From Macrostomum lignano (Eukaryota): 40,302 bases of DNA. The translations under genes were made by a program, and so were the position numbers. Under the pieces are notes generated by a model. The model had not been told where the DNA came from and did not search any database. It saw only the letters and a program-made list of their open reading frames with translations. This document shows positions 35,251-40,302 of the stretch, piece by piece; the first letter of the stretch is position 1, and every line of letters starts with the position of its first letter. The DNA lies in the NCBI GenBank assembly GCA_002269645.1, contig NIVC01003847.1, forward strand, positions 1-40,302. Reading direction: 5' to 3'.

Positions 35251-36660
35251 GAGACGATCTCGAGGGACATGACGGCCCATGGATCGCCCACTTTCAGTCT
35301 CTGCTCTGCCACATACTGTATAGCGTAAGTTGTACTCTCGTAGATCCCTCGCGTAGAACCCACACGTAGCCGTCGACGTACGTAAAATGGGCAATTTTGA
35401 TACTTTTTCCGTGATTTACATGTACATGTACACACAAAGCACGTCGCTTCCCGCGCAGATGCGCACATTTTACACATATTTGTACCCACGCGTTAACACA
35501 CCGACCTGCGCTCCGGAAAATCTAATTGGAATCCGGCGACAGAGATTGGTAGGCAATGGCCGGTTGTCGGATTCGGATAATAGTTCACGGAGCACCTCCT
35601 ACTGGATTCCGAAAGGAAATTCCGGCTGTTAAGTGGGGAGTGCGGCTTCTCCCGCCACCATCTCTTGCCCAACACCTCCGCCCTCACTGCTTCTCCGCCG
35701 CTGTATTCGTGTTTTAAATACAGTATTACAACCTTTCATCTCATAATGTAAATCCTTCTATCTCGCTTTACATGTGAAATTACCACCTTGATTATCTTAA
35801 TTTCTTCTCTTTATTTCTCCTCTATTTTTCCTCTCTCCAATCTCCTCTTTCTCCCCTGCTCCGCTTTCTTGTGTCCCCTGTGGCGCCCAGCTGTCTCTTG
35901 TGCATTGCAAGGCTGTTGGAAGTACGCTCGTATCACTACTGGAAGTACTGTATATACGATACTTCTCGCACTAAGCATCTGGATCTGGATATCATATAGT
36001 TCGATCATGCTCCCTCATACTACTCTTAGTAAAGTCTACTAGCACGCTGTCTATTTTCGTCAGTCGTAGCCACAAAAGATCCCGTGCTGGAAAGTGCTCA
36101 ATGCATGGTTGGGTTGCAGACTCCGGACTCTGAACGCCCAGGCAGAGTCTCATCTTCGACGAAGCACTACCCAAATCTCGACTGATCTTCCACGATCATC
36201 AAGTTCATCAGGAGAGGCCCCTGCCTCGACATTGGGAAATGACGGTTACCTGCTCATAAGGGGGCGGAGGCAGCTTCAGTAGTCGATCCCCTGCAAGCGG
36301 CCCCGAGATCAACAAAGACACCAATTGCAACCGGCGGGTTCGTATGGGAAGGAAAACGGGGCGGATTCTCCATCCCGCCCGCGAAGCCTCTCTATCCTGT
36401 CCTTTGAAACTTCACAATAGCAATCCGGCCCGCTCAAGGTTTGTCTCCTCCTCTCTTCTCTTGCTCTCATCTCCTCTTCTGTTCTCTCCCCTCTTCGATT
36501 TTTCCCTCCTCTTGTCTCCTTTATTCCCTCACATCCTTTCTCCTATCTCTCTTCTCTCTTTATTCTCTCCGATCTCCCCCTTTTTTAGCCCACCAGTGGT
36601 TCGCTATAGGTTCTCTTATCTGGCCCTCGATGTAAAAAGGCTCGCCGACCGCCGCTCTAT
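35250..36660. other. Unclassified GC-rich block with CT-rich tracts, possibly a mobile-element remnant
   Basis: Compositionally distinct; no recognisable domain in the short ORFs. Confidence 0.25.
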
Positions 36661-37333
36661 ACTATAGCATTATTATATTGCAGAAAAGGCTAATCGATAA
36701 AAGGTCAATATTTTTTCAGTCAGCTTCTGTTCCATGGTAAAACAGCCAATTAAAGGCGCATTAACGCTGACCATAAAATCACCACATCAAAGAAGGGACC
36801 AAAAAATCCGTACAATCTTTGTTAAAACACAAAAATTAGGCTTCATTTGGTGGCACCGCGCCATTTTTCTCAGGCTAATAATGCTGGTTTTCAAGTTGGC
36901 ATCAACTTGAATTCAGATGCAAATTGGCATTGTGATGCCAGAACCCCCAGTATATACATACATGTAGTTCTCATATTTGACTGATCAACAAGTCAATAAA
37001 AAAGCAACTATAAAAATCATAAAATAACATTCCTGATTTGTTCGAGTAATTATCTGTGAATTCGGTATTCAAAATTCGGGTATCCAACTGTATTCTATAG
37101 AAAATCTAGATTCAATTTTCATTTTAATAAAAAAAAAAGAAGTAAGAGTTAAACAAAAAAATCACCAAATGAACGTTTTGTTACGTATAGCTTCTGTGAT
37201 TTCAATCATAATTGTGACTTTTGCATGCAAAACTATTTTTTCAAGTGCAATAAAAAGCAATGAATTCTGTTGCAATTACGGCAGCGTATCAACGTATTAA
37301 AGCAGCTCATGCAGAAAACGCAAACTGCAGTGC

Positions 37334-37636
37334 TCAACAGTCGTAACGTAGCGACTCGCACACGTCGGCAATGGACTCAGCCATGCGGCCTAGCAGGCAG
37401 TAGGTGTTGGCGTAGATGCTGTCCAAGCAGCGTCGTTCGGCCAACAGCTCCGGGGTCAGCTGCATCTCTGGCTCCTCGGACTCCTCGTCGATTGCCGACT
37501 GATCGGCGACGACGGCACCGGCGGCCGCAGCTGCTGGCAGGTCGCCGCCGGGGCGCCCGGCGTCCTCGGAGGCCTTGCGACCGCCACCGGAGGCCATCCT
37601 CCTGGGTGACTTGGTTCGCTCCTTGCTTAATGACAT
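37334..37636 (-). CDS. Last exon of an unidentified gene (weak resemblance to MYCBPAP C-terminus)
   Basis: aaattgcag|ATG at 37637/37636, TGA at 37336-37334; GC-rich; ..ELLAERRCLDSIYANTYCLLGRMAESIADVCESLRYDC*. The family guess is from recalled pattern only (Lys-rich stretch then terminal helix). Confidence 0.75.
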   Translation of the reverse strand: MSLSKERTKSPRRMASGGGRKASEDAGRPGGDLPAAAAAGAVVADQSAIDEESEEPEMQLTPELLAERRCLDSIYANTYCLLGRMAESIADVCESLRYDC

Positions 37637-37823
37637 CTGCAATTTTTCGTAAAAAAATATTCCAGTTTGCTATGGTTATGGTTATGGTTGCACTACTGAT
37701 AGTAGAAATATAGGGAAAATCTGCTAATGGTGTGCAAATTTTTTTCAGAAATGAAATTTCCTAGTCTATTTAAATCCATTGAATTTAAATCCATAGTTGC
37801 CGTTCATCATATTGACAACAATC

Positions 37824-38107
37824 AGCATGTCTGACACCCAATATATAGCATGTCAGACACCCAATTCATAGCATGTATGACACCCAATTCATAGCATGTC
37901 AGACACCCAATTCATAGCATGTCAGACACCCAATTCATAGCATGTATGACACCCAATTCATAGCATGTATGACACCCAATTCATAGCATGTCAGACACCC
38001 AATTCATAGCATGTATGACACCCAATTCATAGCATGTCAGACACCCAATTCATAGCATGTATGACACCCAATTCATAGCATGTCAGACACCCAATTCATA
38101 GCATGTC
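37824..38107. repeat. 23-bp minisatellite (CATAGCATGT[CA/AT]GACACCCAATT), ~12 copies, intronic
   Basis: Read directly. Confidence 0.96.
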
Positions 38108-38127
38108 CGACAAAGCAAAGCACTCAC

Positions 38128-38228
38128 GGAGCCTCGAGTCTGCTCATTTTTCAAGCCAGACGCCTTGGTGCTCTCCTTTGACACTGTCGACTTTTGCTTG
38201 TCTGCTGCTTTCGCTCTCTTGGTTGCAC
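38128..38228 (-). CDS. Penultimate exon of the same gene (Lys/Ser-rich)
   Basis: cattacag|GTGCA..TCC|gtgagt; 101 nt, phase 1/0; GATKRAKAADKQKSTVSKESTKASGLKNEQTRGS, in frame with exon 37636. Confidence 0.72.
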
Positions 38229-38752
38229 CTGTAATGTTTTTTTTCAATTTTACATGTACTATAGAAAAAAAAATTATTTGACTTTTGCGTTTGTCGCAGT
38301 TTGCAATTAGATGATTTTTCCATGAAAAATGCATGCATTTTTGTCTGAAGATTCTAGTTGCAATAGATGTATGCATTAAAAACAGCTATATATCTCGCCT
38401 TACAGAACAGTGCGTGCATTTGTTAAAATTAATCTTAATTAATTAACACAACAGGTCATACGCGTGTATTATTTTGCAAACATCATTGCTTATACCAAGT
38501 TATGGTAGATATGGCATGCACTTGTACCTTTTTCTACCTAAAAAACTTGTTTTTTTAATCCGTTATAATCACGACCATGATCCTACCATGCTACTGCAAG
38601 TATTTTATTTGTTAATAGCTAGTAAAACAAATTTTGAATAAGTTTCTTTCGTGAAATATCCAAATCCCCATGCATCTTGAGTTACAAAATTGTTTAATTA
38701 ACGAGTGTTATAACAGACACGGCAAAAATATGTTTGTCTCATTTTTTAATAC

Positions 38753-38776
38753 CTTTACCCTCTCGGGCTGACGAAC
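38753..38776 (-). CDS. 24-nt microexon of the same gene
   Basis: ttacttttatcgcag|GTTCGTCAGCCCGAGAGGGTAAAG|gtatta; phase 1/1; xSSAREGK; in frame with the next exon. Confidence 0.6.
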
Positions 38777-39239
38777 CTGCGATAAAAGTAATTTATTAAA
38801 AATTTACTAAAAAGTGCATTGGCTACTTTAAAAACTGGTTGTGCGCGTTATTAATTTGTCATTTTTTACGTTAGAAAGTTTCAGTTAACTGTGTCAAATG
38901 GGTTGAGTTAGAAACTAAAGTGCATATTTTTGTCCTCAACATTGAATTTTGATTTTGATTACGATATTTCTGTATCTAACTAACCAAGAATTAATGCTCA
39001 ATTGGTAATAAAAAATGCATTTCCTCATACTTCCGTTTAGAAAAAAAAACAATAGATAATCACACAAAAAGAATATTGTGCATTATAGTACATTTGTTGA
39101 GAAAGTGATAGATAGGAGTACATGTTTTCACGAGAGATCCGGGCAGTGACTTTGAGCTTTGCTACTCGTTCACGCGTGTGTGATGCTGCTGAGATAGTCA
39201 TTATATATTGCAATAATTACAGTGTGGAGCGGGGCACTT

Positions 39240-40140
39240 TGACGCCTAATAAATCTACAATGACGCCTAATAAATCTACAATGACGCCTAATAAATCTAC
39301 AATGACGCCTAATAAATCTACAATGACGCCTAATAAATCTACAATGACGCCTAATAAATCTACAATGATGCCTTTTTAAACTACAATGACGCCTAATTAA
39401 TCTACAATGACGCCTAATTAATCTATAATGGCGCCTAATTAATCTGCAATGACGCCTAATTAATCTACAATGATGCCTAATGAATCTACAATGATGCCTA
39501 ATTAAACTACAATGACGCCTAATTAATCTACAATGACGCCTAATTAATCTACAATGACGCCTAATTAAACTACAATGACGCCTAATGAATCTACAATGAC
39601 GCCTAATTAATCTACAATGATGCCTAATTAAACTACAATGACGCCTAATTAATCTACAATGACGCCTAATTAATCTACAATGACGCCTAATTAATCTGCA
39701 ATGACGCCTAATTAATCTACAATGACGCCTAATTAATCTACAATGACGCCTAATTAATCTACAATGACGCCTAATCAATCTACAATGACGCCTAATTAAT
39801 CTACAATGACGCCTAATTAATCTGCAATGACGCCTAATTAATCTACAATGATGCCTAATTAAACTACAATGACGCCTAATTAATCTACAATGACGCCTAA
39901 TTAATCTGCAATGACGCCTAATTAATCTACAATGACGCCTAATTAATCTACAATGACGCCTAATTAATCTACAATGACGCCTAATTAATCTACAATGACG
40001 CCTAATCAATCTACCATTACGCCTAAGTAATCTACCATGACGCCTAATTAATAAGCTAATGTGGCGCCTAATTAAGCTGCAATGCCGCCTAATTAATAAG
40101 AAATGTGCGCCAATTTAAGCTACCATAACGCCTAATTATG
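39240..40140. repeat. 21-bp minisatellite (ATGACGCCTAATTAATCTACA), ~43 copies, degenerate right end
   Basis: Read directly; source of spurious ORF 39170..40009. Confidence 0.96.
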
Positions 40141-40302
40141 CTACCCTAGTGAGGATCTAATCTCCACTCAGACATGCAGTTTGACTGGGGAACTTTTATA
40201 CACGCGATTAATGTGACGGGCTGACTTATTATAAGGATAGACACGTAAGATACTTGAGGTTATAGCAGGGAGTGAGGTAGGGCGGGGCGGGTACCAAACG
40301 GG

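Noticed and set aside
35881-35889. TGGCGCCCA, like a tRNA-Lys primer-binding site
   Set aside because: The match stops at 9 nt and no LTR pair or gag/pol was found.
24008-37336. Idea that TAA/TAG encode Gln (both minus-strand gene stops seen are TGA, the hnRNP spliced end reads TAG TGA, and the 31470 exon would open)
   Set aside because: Dozens of Gln codons in the well-supported exons are all CAA/CAG and those exons have no in-frame TAR. The 31470 segment also needs an indel, and the gene model works without it. A genome-wide codon-versus-homologue alignment (e.g. Codetta) would settle it.
40178-40190. AGTTTGACTGGGG, matching a conserved 28S rRNA segment
   Set aside because: Only ~13 nt match and the flanks diverge; no rRNA gene supported.

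Overview
Eukaryotic (metazoan) genomic DNA with spliceosomal GT-AG introns, not prokaryotic. The style (GC-rich exons with CAG/GCC runs, minisatellite-filled introns) resembles macrostomid flatworm genomes, but this is inference only. Four protein-coding genes can be built by hand. (1) Minus strand: 5' part of a DDT/WHIM-domain ISWI partner (CECR2/Dikar-like), exons 2253-1823 and 1223-454, each needing one extra base to stay in frame. (2) Plus strand: hnRNP A/B-family two-RRM + Gly-rich gene (21774-22730, probable spliced end at 24008-24027). (3) Minus strand: a complete 6-exon NPAT/Mxc-like gene (33962-26489, 933 aa) with an N-terminal LisH-type motif, CDK sites, the NPAT-like C-terminal motif, polyQ, a coding 21-bp repeat and an unexpected C2H2 zinc finger. 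(4) Minus strand: 3' end of a Lys-rich gene (38776-37334, possibly MYCBPAP-like) with a 24-nt microexon. Non-coding DNA holds about a dozen unrelated 20-40 bp minisatellite arrays, four of which start about 15-20 nt after a splice donor. It also holds microsatellites, a tRNA-derived CORE-type SINE, unclassified GC-rich blocks, and alternating CpG-poor and CpG-rich domains. Most long ORFs in the supplied track are artefacts of the tandem arrays. I found no clearly novel multi-gene system. The best leads are the zinc-finger NPAT and the donor-anchored, intron-private minisatellites.
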